From the IMG/VR virus record IMGVR_UViG_3300044614_001923: DNA of 64,000 nucleotides, one strand, 5' to 3'. A program made the position numbers and the translations under genes. The stretch is from a virus (lineage: Duplodnaviria; Caudoviricetes). Shown here piece by piece: positions 8,702 through 17,812 of this stretch (positions are counted from its first letter, which is position 1; each line of letters opens with the position of its first letter). The notes below the pieces were generated by a model. The model had not been told where the DNA came from. It was given only the letters and a program-made list of their open reading frames with translations, and ran no database searches.

Positions 8702-9411
8702 GCATTAAAAATTCTTCCCCATCCATCATTACCATTAGGACACCATCTACGAGCAAGTTCTGAACGCTTGTAGACTGCTCCCTTACCATTTGCTACAGAA
8801 CCTGTATATCCGTCATTAAGACTACCGTAAGGGTCATTAACAACATAATCACCAGATGGAGTCTTACCAATAACTACAACCATGTGCCCACCAGTAGGTG
8901 CAGATAAAGAACCCCTGTGCAGAATACCAATAACGACAGGTCTCCCAGCAGATAAATTACTATCAAGATCAGAAAAAGAAAGACTGTAACTAAAGTGTGA
9001 CTGAATACCATAAGAGGCAAGAACTTTGGTCTGAACCAAATGATCAGTCGTGTCGCCAATTTGGAAAACTTTTTGTACATAGGCGTCATCGCCTTTAGGA
9101 CCTTTTAATGTTCCAGATTTGAAATATTCAAGGCACATTGCACAAGCAGATGAATTACAAGTTCTGTCAGCATCCCTGTAGTTATCTGTTTGTGGGTAAA
9201 AAGGAACTGCTAAGATACTTGCTTGTGGTTTTTCTTCTTTAGTTCTAAAAATTCTAACCCAGTTTGCATCATCTTGCATTAATTCCTGTGCTTTGAGAAA
9301 CAAATCTTTTTCAAATTGCTCTACTGCAGCAACATGCTTTGGATTATTCTCATCAAAGTGTTTAAAGAAGTTGTGAAGATCTATAATCATTGGTATATCC
9401 AAACCCTGCAC
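8692..9411 (-). CDS. Peptidase C39-like cell-wall hydrolase domain protein
   Basis: VPFYPQTDN...RTCNSSAC, GGHMVVVIG, VVNDPYG. Confidence 0.8.
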   Translation of the reverse strand: MQGLDIPMIIDLHNFFKHFDENNPKHVAAVEQFEKDLFLKAQELMQDDANWVRIFRTKEEKPQASILAVPFYPQTDNYRDADRTCNSSACAMCLEYFKSGTLKGPKGDDAYVQKVFQIGDTTDHLVQTKVLASYGIQSHFSYSLSFSDLDSNLSAGRPVVIGILHRGSLSAPTGGHMVVVIGKTPSGDYVVNDPYGSLNDGYTGSVANGKGAVYKRSELARRWCPNGNDGWGRIFNAKK

Positions 9412-9421
9412 TATATTTATG

Positions 9422-9446
9422 AAAAAAGGAGGGTTTTACCCCTCCT
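9422..9446 (-). terminator. Intrinsic terminator
   Basis: AGGAGGG...CCCTCCT hairpin plus T-run. Confidence 0.7.
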
Positions 9447-9450
9447 CACT

Positions 9451-9540
9451 TCAAAGATCTTCTGTTGTTTTATTAATTGCGTATGAAATAAGAACTAAAG
9501 AACCAATACCAATAAGAGTGAAAAGTATTTCGTGAAACAT
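9451..9540 (-). CDS. Small single-TM protein (29 aa)
   Basis: MFHEILFTLIGIGSLVLISYAINKTTEDL*. Confidence 0.55.
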   Translation of the reverse strand: MFHEILFTLIGIGSLVLISYAINKTTEDL

Positions 9541-9567
9541 TGTTCTTATCTAAAGGTACATTACTAC

Positions 9568-10080
9568 TTATACAGTTGCTGCAACTTTAGAGTTAAGATA
9601 TTCAAGAACCTTCTCAGGGGTAGTTGCTTCATATGGATCAATTTCAACATTTTCTCCCTTACCTTCTTCAATGGCAATCCATTCAATATCAGTATTATTC
9701 ACAATAGCAGCATATCGCCAAGAACGAATTGCAAATCCAAGATTAAATTTTGGAACAAGCATGTCCATTCCATGAGTAAATTCTCCATTACCATCTGGAA
9801 TCAATTTAACTTTTTCAATTCCAAGTTCTTTTGCCCAAGCATTCATTACAAAAGCATCATTGACAGAAATGCAGTAGATTGCATCAATACCAAGAGCAGC
9901 AAATTCATCATACTTTTCTTCAAATCCAGGCAATTGGTATGTAGAACAAGTAGGCGTAAATGCTCCAGGAAGTCCAAAAAGAACAACCCGCTTTCCAGCA
10001 AAAAGGTCAGTTGTACTGTAAGGTACAAATTTACCGTCTTCACGGAACATCAGATCAATATCAGGAATTTTATTTACCAT
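9568..10080 (-). CDS. Peroxiredoxin (Prx5/type II)
   Basis: FGLPGAFTPTCSTYQLPGF, SVNDAFVMNAW, RSWRYA. Confidence 0.93.
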   Translation of the reverse strand: MVNKIPDIDLMFREDGKFVPYSTTDLFAGKRVVLFGLPGAFTPTCSTYQLPGFEEKYDEFAALGIDAIYCISVNDAFVMNAWAKELGIEKVKLIPDGNGEFTHGMDMLVPKFNLGFAIRSWRYAAIVNNTDIEWIAIEEGKGENVEIDPYEATTPEKVLEYLNSKVAATV

Positions 10081-10258
10081 TTTTTAGAATTCTCCAAATT
10101 TGCTTGAGATGAAAGATGATTTGTTTAGATTTAGAAACTTTTTGGTTTTCTTTTTTTGTAGTTTCTACAATTGTCTCTCTATTAGAGTCGGCAGGAACAA
10201 ACTTAATATCTGCCCATATTTCTGCTTTTTTTATTAACTTGTTTTCAAAGACATCCAT
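10070..10258 (-). CDS. Hypothetical protein
   Basis: 62-aa ORF overlapping the peroxiredoxin start. Confidence 0.55.
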   Translation of the reverse strand: MDVFENKLIKKAEIWADIKFVPADSNRETIVETTKKENQKVSKSKQIIFHLKQIWRILKNGK

Positions 10259-10308
10259 TTCTAATACTGATTAGAAAATCAAACACATTATAGCATGTAT
10301 TTTCAAAA

Positions 10309-10416
10309 TTACCAAATACCTGGAATAATTTGACCTGTTAGGGCATAAGCTCCAAAAGCGGCAATAATTCCAATCATTGCTGCCCACCCATTAATACGTT
10401 CTGCGCGTTCATTCAT
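10309..10416 (-). CDS. hli: High-light-inducible protein (35 aa)
   Basis: MNERAERINGWAAMIGIIAAFGAYALTGQIIPGIW*; GGAG RBS. Confidence 0.92.
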   Translation of the reverse strand: MNERAERINGWAAMIGIIAAFGAYALTGQIIPGIW

Positions 10417-10427
10417 TGTTTTTCTCC

Positions 10428-10514
10428 TTAGTAAGTTTCAGAAAGTTTTTCTACAGAAATTGCCAACAAAACAAAGAAGGCAATTGAGGTAATAGTCCAA
10501 AATGCTTCAGTCAT
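10428..10514 (-). CDS. Small single-TM protein (28 aa)
   Basis: MTEAFWTITSIAFFVLLAISVEKLSETY*; ATGA overlap with hli. Confidence 0.65.
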   Translation of the reverse strand: MTEAFWTITSIAFFVLLAISVEKLSETY

Positions 10515-10723
10515 CAGAAGACGCCGAAGAATAGTTTGCCAGTGAGAGCATAAGAAATAGCCCCAGCAACAATACCGACCATAGCCCAGCGTCCATTCAT
10601 TTTCTCCGCCTTCTCGGCATAAGGTTCAATACCATAACGCTCAAGGTCTTCCTTGGTCATATACATTGATGGTTCTTTGGCAAACATATTCATTTGCCCA
10701 AACTCATTTTTTGTTACAGTCAT
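10514..10723 (-). CDS. hli: High-light-inducible protein
   Basis: AEKMNGRWAMVG...TGKLFFGVF. Confidence 0.93.
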   Translation of the reverse strand: MTVTKNEFGQMNMFAKEPSMYMTKEDLERYGIEPYAEKAEKMNGRWAMVGIVAGAISYALTGKLFFGVF

Positions 10724-10734
10724 TTTTTCGTTTT

Positions 10735-10781
10735 ATTACAAATTGTTACACAATTATATAGCAAATATAAAGGGGTGTCAA
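10735..10781 (-). promoter_or_regulatory. Consensus sigma70 promoter of the hli operon with HLR1-like repeat
   Basis: TTGACA (10776-81), 17 bp, TATAAT (10753-58); ATTACAAA-TT-GTTACACA at 10735-10752. Confidence 0.75.
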
Positions 10782-10809
10782 GCACCCCTCTGTAATATTC
10801 TGTTTATAT

Positions 10810-11772
10810 TTACTGACCGATTCGGTTTACAGCAATCCTTGCTCGGTTGAGAATAGAACCACTCAGGGGAACATATCCAAGATCATCAGCAAGTGATTGT
10901 GCCTTTGAACTCAGAGCATAGTTGAGTGCTTCACGAATAGCAGAAGCATTAGCACCGTTACCAGTCTTATATGCAAGAACCCAAGTCAGAGTTGAAATTG
11001 GATATGCAGTTGCACCAGCAGGATTTGGATTTTCGCCAGCAAGGTTTGCATCTAGTTTGATACCATTCAGAGCAGCAGAACCAGAAGCAGCAGTAGGAAG
11101 AACAAACTTACCTGCCTTATTTTGAATTGCTGCTGCTTGGAGTTTGTTTGCTTTTACAAATCCAGTGTTCACATAACCAATAGAACCTGGAGTTTGACGA
11201 ATGCTACCAGAAACACCCTCATTACCTTTAGCACCAATACCAGTAGGCCACTTTACAGACTTGCCAACTCCAGCAGTCCAACCACCAAAAGCATCTAGAG
11301 AGTTAGTAAATGCAAAAGTGGTTCCAGAACCATCTGCACGATACACAGTGCGGATAGGACCAGCAGCGCACCCAAGTGCTTTCCAGTCTTTAATACGACC
11401 AGCAAAAATATCTACAGTTTGCTTCTGGGTAAGTTTCAGAGTGCATCCAGGTTTGTTATAAGCAACAGCAATCGTTCCACCCACCATAGGGATTTGAACA
11501 ACACCGCGTTTTACTTTGGCGGCGTCTGCTGAACTGATTGGTTCGTCGCTTGCTCCGAAGTTAACTGTGCCCGCAATAAATTGACGAACACCAGCACCAG
11601 AACCAACGGACTGATAATTAACCCTATTCCCAGTAGTTCGTGCATAATCTTGGAACCATCGTTGATAAATTGGAGCAGGGAAAGTAGCACCCGCGCCATT
11701 AATAGTAGGTCCAGCAAGAGCAGCTGCAGGAGCAGCAACTAGACCAACAGCAAAAATTTGTTTCAGTTTCAT
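10810..11772 (-). CDS. pstS: Phosphate ABC transporter substrate-binding protein
   Basis: GAGATFPAPIY, YQSVGSGAG, FGASD, RADGSGTT. Confidence 0.96.
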   Translation of the reverse strand: MKLKQIFAVGLVAAPAAALAGPTINGAGATFPAPIYQRWFQDYARTTGNRVNYQSVGSGAGVRQFIAGTVNFGASDEPISSADAAKVKRGVVQIPMVGGTIAVAYNKPGCTLKLTQKQTVDIFAGRIKDWKALGCAAGPIRTVYRADGSGTTFAFTNSLDAFGGWTAGVGKSVKWPTGIGAKGNEGVSGSIRQTPGSIGYVNTGFVKANKLQAAAIQNKAGKFVLPTAASGSAALNGIKLDANLAGENPNPAGATAYPISTLTWVLAYKTGNGANASAIREALNYALSSKAQSLADDLGYVPLSGSILNRARIAVNRIGQ

Positions 11773-11808
11773 AAAAAGTTTTTTGGAAGTGAATTGACTT
11801 CGTAAGTA

Positions 11809-11853
11809 ATCATACTGGAAGTAAACCTTAAAGTCTACTAAGATTTGGTTAAG
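11809..11853 (-). promoter_or_regulatory. Pho-box-like repeats and -10 (TATGAT) upstream of pstS
   Basis: CTTAACCA-aat-CTTAGTAG-ac-TTTAAGG in the -35 region. Confidence 0.6.
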
Positions 11854-11868
11854 GTTTTCATTACCTAA

Positions 11869-11896
11869 TAAAAAACCACCCCAGAAGGGGTGGTTC
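11869..11896 (-). terminator. Intrinsic terminator after porin
   Basis: AACCACCCC...GGGGTGGTT hairpin plus T-run. Confidence 0.8.
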
Positions 11897-11918
11897 CACT
11901 CAACTTATGAGTATGTTA

Positions 11919-13385
11919 TCAGAACTTGAAGGTAGTCTGAATTACGCCACCCCAGTTGGAGGAGTTATCAGCAAGACGCTGATTGTCGCTTCCATAGATG
12001 ATAGCAGGAGTGATGCTGATGTTATCAGACACTTGATACTTATAGAAAATCTCAAGAAGAGTGGACTTCTCAAGGTTCTCTCCAGTAGGTGCTTGACCGA
12101 CAGCAATACCAGCGGTGTTACCCTTAGCAAATACATCTGCCCACTGCAGACCTGCCATCCAAGATTGACTGTTGGTAGCAGCACTTTGAGTACCACTTAC
12201 AGTGTTCCAACCATAACCAGCAGAGATGGAAGGTGCCCAACCAGACTGCTTAGGTTGCCAGTATGCGTTCACGGCATAACCGTTAGAGGTTTGACCTGGA
12301 ACAAGAGCACCAGAAGCACCGTTCAAACCGTTATAGGTGCGAACACGAGTGCCTTCAGTGCCATAACGATAACCAAATGCGATACCGTAGTTAGTACCAC
12401 GATAACCGATTTGTGCCAGAGTGTTTAGAGCGCCAGACTCATCAAACTCACCACGAGTGCTATCTTGACCTGCTTGTGCAACATAGTTGATACCAGCAAT
12501 CAGACCCTTCTTACCATACTGAATACCGAAACCAGAACCAACTGCCTTGTTATAAACACCAGGAGTACCACCTACCTGGAAGAAATCAAGGATCTTGGAT
12601 TCATATGCTGAAGGAACCCAAGCAATTTCAGTGTTACGAACAAGAGCACCAGCAGTCAGAGTTGCTTTATTATTGAAAGCAGGGAACTGATAGTAAAGAC
12701 GATCAATAACTACATTGTTACCAACTTCACTGGTGGTATTATCTGCCTTATCCAGTTTAAAGATTGAAGAACTGGAACCAAAAGGATCACCACTGAAGTT
12801 AGAAGAACGCAGACGAGTGCGAAGCAGATCCTTACCAGTGAATGAAGTATCCAGGTTCAGACGCAGATCGTAGTTAAATGCAGTACGAGTTACATCACCA
12901 CCTTTGGTTTGGTAGTCATCAACACCGCCGAGAACAAAGTTTGCTTCACCACGCAGTTTGGTAGTAGTGGAGAACTGAGTCGCTTCAAGTTCACCAACTT
13001 GTGCTTCCAGTTTATCTACACGACCACGAAGAACAGCGAGTTCTTGAGCGAATTCTGCTTGAAGACGCTTGAGTTCATCTGTAACTTCAGTTACACGGTC
13101 AAGGCAAGCATTCAGAAGTGCTGCTGCCTCATAGCGGGTCATTGCCTTACCGCCACCATAAGTACCGTTAGGATAACCAGCAACGCAACCATAACGTTCT
13201 ACGAGGTTGCTGAGTGCCTGATATGCCCAATCGGTAGGTTGAACATCAGAGAATTGGGTAACGCTTGTGACCTGCTCAGAAGAGTATTGGTTGACTGCTG
13301 CCATATTAAGATCTGCGGCATTCGCAGCAACAGGAGCAACCATTCCCAGAGCAACAGGTGCAAGCATCAGTTGTTTGAGTTTCAT
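11919..13385 (-). CDS. Cyanobacterial outer-membrane porin (Som type, SLH + beta-barrel)
   Basis: Signal peptide, FSDVQPTDWAYQALSNLVERYGC, QFSTTTKLRGE, terminal TTFKF. Confidence 0.93.
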   Translation of the reverse strand: MKLKQLMLAPVALGMVAPVAANAADLNMAAVNQYSSEQVTSVTQFSDVQPTDWAYQALSNLVERYGCVAGYPNGTYGGGKAMTRYEAAALLNACLDRVTEVTDELKRLQAEFAQELAVLRGRVDKLEAQVGELEATQFSTTTKLRGEANFVLGGVDDYQTKGGDVTRTAFNYDLRLNLDTSFTGKDLLRTRLRSSNFSGDPFGSSSSIFKLDKADNTTSEVGNNVVIDRLYYQFPAFNNKATLTAGALVRNTEIAWVPSAYESKILDFFQVGGTPGVYNKAVGSGFGIQYGKKGLIAGINYVAQAGQDSTRGEFDESGALNTLAQIGYRGTNYGIAFGYRYGTEGTRVRTYNGLNGASGALVPGQTSNGYAVNAYWQPKQSGWAPSISAGYGWNTVSGTQSAATNSQSWMAGLQWADVFAKGNTAGIAVGQAPTGENLEKSTLLEIFYKYQVSDNISITPAIIYGSDNQRLADNSSNWGGVIQTTFKF

Positions 13386-13446
13386 AAATTGTTTTGTTTG
13401 TACTATAGGACAAATGTTAAGAATTACAACTGAATTCTTAAGTACT

Positions 13447-13480
13447 TATTTAGTGTACCAGATAAAAAATCCCCTGTCAA
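13447..13480 (-). promoter_or_regulatory. Porin promoter: TTGACA-17-TACACT plus TAAATA
   Basis: Read directly from sequence. Confidence 0.6.
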
Positions 13481-13483
13481 GGA

Positions 13484-14290
13484 TTATTCTTGAGGTTGTT
13501 GAGACTCTTCCCTATGAGGTTCAGAGACTCTCAAGAAGTATGGATCATAATCCATTAGACTACCAATGTCAAGATTTGCTCCGTTTTGTTGCCAAAAATT
13601 AAGAAGTCCGTCATGACTTTGACGATGGAAAATATCAATATGTTCTGGGTGAATTGCAGAACCCATTTCCAAATTATAAAGGAATAGAGGAATGCAATAA
13701 CTCTTACCAGATTCAAAGATCAAATCTTCTGATACTGGTCTGGGTTTAACACCATTATCAAGTTTATATTTCTTATCTCTAATATGATTTTTAACAATTT
13801 TTTCAGCATGATGCCTTGTAATTAAATACACTGCTGCAGAAAAATCATTAACAAATCTATGATGAAGCCTTACATGAATATTGCCAGTACAAATAGTTGT
13901 TAGTTGAACACAATCCCAATCATAAGGAAGAAGATTAAAAAATTCATCCCAAGTAAATGACCAGGATTTAACTGGTTCAAAACTGACATCATCTTCCATG
14001 ATGAGAACATAATCATCATCAGTTTCTTCATAAAAATATTTGATTGCCTTAATATGACTCATTACACACCCGACTTCGTTCTGAGACATATTATCAGGAA
14101 TTCTTCCTTTCAGATAAGTAGAAACATCATCGTCTCTACCATCGTATCCTTGAATTCTTTCATGGTTCTCAATTCCCCAATTCTTAAATTGAGACTCCAT
14201 GTACTCTCTTCGGTGAGTATCATTTTCAAGATTTAACCACAAAATTTTAGGAAGACCTTCAAGTTTGAAGATTGATTTGTTTTTATCCAT
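13484..14290 (-). CDS. Glycosyltransferase family 25
   Basis: WLNLEND..RR, GCVMSH, IMEDDV. Confidence 0.85.
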   Translation of the reverse strand: MDKNKSIFKLEGLPKILWLNLENDTHRREYMESQFKNWGIENHERIQGYDGRDDDVSTYLKGRIPDNMSQNEVGCVMSHIKAIKYFYEETDDDYVLIMEDDVSFEPVKSWSFTWDEFFNLLPYDWDCVQLTTICTGNIHVRLHHRFVNDFSAAVYLITRHHAEKIVKNHIRDKKYKLDNGVKPRPVSEDLIFESGKSYCIPLFLYNLEMGSAIHPEHIDIFHRQSHDGLLNFWQQNGANLDIGSLMDYDPYFLRVSEPHREESQQPQE

Positions 14291-14948
14291 GATTAATTAT
14301 TGTTCCGTTTGGGTTGTAATCGTAAATAGGGTTATCGTTTTGGTCATATCCTTGACCGATAAAATCATACTGAATTTTTTCTCTGGATTCTTTCATCCAT
14401 TCAACTTCTTCAAATCCATGAATCAAAGAATCATTTTCTGCAATTGGCCAAATCTCTTGAGCAAGATAAATTTGGTCAGATGTATAAAAATGTTGTTTTG
14501 AATATTCAATCATAACATCTTGCTGAGATTCAGTCAGCATACCTTTCATTCCCCACATTCCAGCAAGGATAGGCCAATCATAATGTCTTTCATGATCTCT
14601 AATTATAGAAAATTTCTTATCAGATGTCAACCATTCATTAACTGCTCTCACTTCTCTTTCAGAAATACGAGAATCAGAATCTCTTGATATTGTTACATTA
14701 TCTTCACTTTCAAACATAGAATAGAATCTCCAAAAAGCACCAAAGACTCCATCATCATCAACTTCAGCAACTTCAACATTATCCATATCATGAAGTTGTT
14801 TTGCGTATTTGAAGGGAACGCTTCCATCAAGGAATATTCTACATTTCCAATCTGGCATTAGTTCTTTAGCAATTTCAGCATTTCTAATTGCGCCAATACA
14901 ATATCTGGGACTAGATCCCCATACGCTGATTGATATGATTTTGTTCAT
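14283..14948 (-). CDS. Glycan-island protein, putative glycosyltransferase
   Basis: FWRF...ISRDSDSR...IIRDH...ILAGMWG pattern. Confidence 0.6.
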   Translation of the reverse strand: MNKIISISVWGSSPRYCIGAIRNAEIAKELMPDWKCRIFLDGSVPFKYAKQLHDMDNVEVAEVDDDGVFGAFWRFYSMFESEDNVTISRDSDSRISEREVRAVNEWLTSDKKFSIIRDHERHYDWPILAGMWGMKGMLTESQQDVMIEYSKQHFYTSDQIYLAQEIWPIAENDSLIHGFEEVEWMKESREKIQYDFIGQGYDQNDNPIYDYNPNGTIINHG

Positions 14949-15892
14949 ACTGGGTTCTTCCTATACTCTTCGTAAATTTCATTTGCAGAGTATGGAACAA
15001 TATTCTTTGGAGAAATTGGAGCATACTTACAAACAATCTCATGATATTTCTCAAAACACTTTTCTGGAGTGTGATTCTGATAATATGCATCATAAGACTT
15101 TTGAGCAATATCCTTGTATCTATCATTTTCTAATTGATAGATAATTTTTTCTTCTAAATCTGAGTGATCTATATTAATACAAATGTATTCATCATATGGC
15201 ATAAAATCAGATTTGACACTGTGCAATTTAAGTTCTGGTTGAATAGTACAGACTTTTGCACTAGCAAGTTCCCAAATTCTCCAACTATCATAAGAATTTC
15301 CTGGATAATTTAGACCAATCTTTGTTTTATTGACAACATACAAATATTCTTGAGGTGTTCTCACTGGTTGATAACGAATAAACCAACGTAGGTGAGAAAG
15401 TTTATTCTGAGATAAATCTACTATCCTATTAATAAAAGATTGTCTTCTAGGATTACTCGGAGTACCTAAGAAAATAACATCAAATTGTTTATTTTCACTT
15501 TGCAATTTTTCATCATAAACAGAAGGAATTGCAAAGTGATTGGGATAAATGGGGCAATTATATGGGTTAACTGTATCAGAAGTAAGTTCTCTCTGCATAA
15601 TTAGATCAGGAGATCTATTATAATACCTCTGAACATGCTCATTATCAGTATCATCATGCTGAATAATAAATGAGTTCTTACAATACTTTTCTAAGATATC
15701 GTTGATAATAGGAACTGTCCACCCAATACTTAGATAAAGAACTACAACCTTATATTCATTTTCTACAACAAAGTCAATAATATTTCTTTCATCTACAAAG
15801 TCACAAGTATATCCACACTTCTCAAAGCATTTGAAAATATAACTTGAGTTAGGAACCCACGAGTGGTTAAAAAATAGAAAATCTTTAATCAT
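14945..15892 (-). CDS. Putative glycosyltransferase (GT-B C-terminal domain)
   Basis: FDVIFLG, KIGLNYPG...RIWELAS. Confidence 0.6.
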   Translation of the reverse strand: MIKDFLFFNHSWVPNSSYIFKCFEKCGYTCDFVDERNIIDFVVENEYKVVVLYLSIGWTVPIINDILEKYCKNSFIIQHDDTDNEHVQRYYNRSPDLIMQRELTSDTVNPYNCPIYPNHFAIPSVYDEKLQSENKQFDVIFLGTPSNPRRQSFINRIVDLSQNKLSHLRWFIRYQPVRTPQEYLYVVNKTKIGLNYPGNSYDSWRIWELASAKVCTIQPELKLHSVKSDFMPYDEYICINIDHSDLEEKIIYQLENDRYKDIAQKSYDAYYQNHTPEKCFEKYHEIVCKYAPISPKNIVPYSANEIYEEYRKNPV

Positions 15893-16578
15893 TTTATTAT
15901 AGTGTATTGGATTGAAGAATCAACATAAGTTTTTACTGGAGTTTTATATTCTTCCATATAAAACTGTAGCATATTCACCGCATGGGAAATATCAATATTA
16001 TGCGTAAGATACATGTCATGAAAAGAATCAAACATACTACAATATTTTTTCATGGAATCATAGTTTCCATAAGCAAAATGATCTGAATACGACCAACCAC
16101 CAATATCTTTTGGGATAACGAAATTTTGGTCTTTAATTTCAATATCGATTAAATCAACATCGAATCTCAATCTCATAATTAAATCATATTGACTTGGATT
16201 ATGGATCATAGAAAAAGCATACTTAACAATATGCCATTGATCTCTTAATCTTTCAACCCAAAATGAACCGTGCTCAATTGCTCTAGGATCAACTTTAAAT
16301 ACATCATCTGGACGATCTAAAAATTTAATATTTTCAAATCTATTTTGAACATACTTCTCATAATCAAGAAATATATATGAGGATAATTTTCCAGCATATG
16401 TACTCAGAACGTCAGAGGTATCTACGCCTATAGTAGGTTGACCACTCTTTAATTGACACCTATCCCAACTACAAATATAAGTATCAACATCATGTATATC
16501 TAAAATATTTTTTTTTAGATTTAGATAGGTTCTTCCATAAGTTCTAGGAAATCCTGTCATCAGTAAAGCTATTTTCAT
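15889..16578 (-). CDS. Glycan-island hypothetical protein
   Basis: KIALLMTG.PR, YDLIMRLRFD, SDHFAYG. Confidence 0.6.
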   Translation of the reverse strand: MKIALLMTGFPRTYGRTYLNLKKNILDIHDVDTYICSWDRCQLKSGQPTIGVDTSDVLSTYAGKLSSYIFLDYEKYVQNRFENIKFLDRPDDVFKVDPRAIEHGSFWVERLRDQWHIVKYAFSMIHNPSQYDLIMRLRFDVDLIDIEIKDQNFVIPKDIGGWSYSDHFAYGNYDSMKKYCSMFDSFHDMYLTHNIDISHAVNMLQFYMEEYKTPVKTYVDSSIQYTIIK

Positions 16579-17354
16579 TGATTCACAGATTCATAGAGAT
16601 TTGCATAGGTTTCTTCATCCAAATAACAGGGACAATACTCAGGTTGAAATTCCCAATTCTTGTTGACTGCTTTCATTGTACTCTTAGTATCAAGAACAAT
16701 AAAATTATTAACTATTGCTTCCCACGCAAATTCATTAATATTTGAAGAATCGTAGATATTAATCATATCTCCAAACTTATTTTTAAGCACAGATAAAAAC
16801 CAAAGAGTTTCTGTACATGTCAAATTATTTAATTTTGATTCATCTAATGTTAATACGCTTTCAATAACATTAGACCATTTGAATACGTCATTTCTATATC
16901 CAACTTGAACCCAATCACATACTCTAAAGCAATTTGGATATTCATCAGAGTCTGGTCTAATAGTCATCATATTAGACACAACCAATTTATTTTTAAAAAC
17001 CTTTAGGTCATCAGTAGAATTTGGATACAAATCAACATACTGAAAAAGATCATTCTTATGAATCATATCGGAACGTGTGACCATTACTAGTTCACCTTCT
17101 GAAAATTCTAATCCTTTTTGATAAGAAAGAACTTGCCTCTTCCAATGTTGTATTGGTCCAGGACCAGGATCGGGAGTTAATACAACCTTATCAATTTGTA
17201 GACTTTTATCAATGTATTTTTCTTGACCTTCCCATGTGGAAATTATAAGTTCATCAGAGAACCAAGATCTAATAGATTCAACAACTTCATTAATAAAGTT
17301 TTGAGGATGTTTATCATATAAAACAGATCCTCTAATAATTACGCTTTTTTTCAT
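16575..17354 (-). CDS. WavE-like lipopolysaccharide synthesis protein
   Basis: SVIIRG, LIISTWEGQ, RQVLS...GL, VTRSD, DWVQVG. Confidence 0.6.
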   Translation of the reverse strand: MKKSVIIRGSVLYDKHPQNFINEVVESIRSWFSDELIISTWEGQEKYIDKSLQIDKVVLTPDPGPGPIQHWKRQVLSYQKGLEFSEGELVMVTRSDMIHKNDLFQYVDLYPNSTDDLKVFKNKLVVSNMMTIRPDSDEYPNCFRVCDWVQVGYRNDVFKWSNVIESVLTLDESKLNNLTCTETLWFLSVLKNKFGDMINIYDSSNINEFAWEAIVNNFIVLDTKSTMKAVNKNWEFQPEYCPCYLDEETYANLYESVNQ

Positions 17355-17812
17355 TTTAGTCTAGAAATAAAATCGCTACAAACTCCAAAACAATTATAAA
17401 CTCTCAAAGAATCAAAATCTTGTTCTAATTTCCATTCTGGCATCACAATAACAGACTTAGACGTATATGATTTTCCAGGATAAGTCCAAATATAATTTTT
17501 ACTAGTAAGTGTAAAATCGTCTTGTTGATGCCAAAAATAATTGTATCCGCCAGTTTTTGATACAAAGTGATAAAGTGCTTCAATATTTTTACAATGAATC
17601 CACAATTTATCCATACGTTTTGCTAACCAATATGAGGTAACAACATATTGAGGATCATCATGTCCAAGATAAAATCTATCATCAACTATATCATAGCGAA
17701 TATCAATCTCAACATCATATCCCAACTCTATCGCAGTGTCAATATATTCGGGTCTGTTTTCTTCTAATGAATTAGGACCTTCAATATTTCCCCTATGAGC
17801 AATTAGTCTCAC
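17351..17812 (-). CDS. GDPD/PLC-like phosphodiesterase-fold protein
   Basis: LIAHRGN...EN...GYDVEIDI...LGHD. Confidence 0.75.
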   Translation of the reverse strand: MRLIAHRGNIEGPNSLEENRPEYIDTAIELGYDVEIDIRYDIVDDRFYLGHDDPQYVVTSYWLAKRMDKLWIHCKNIEALYHFVSKTGGYNYFWHQQDDFTLTSKNYIWTYPGKSYTSKSVIVMPEWKLEQDFDSLRVYNCFGVCSDFISRLK

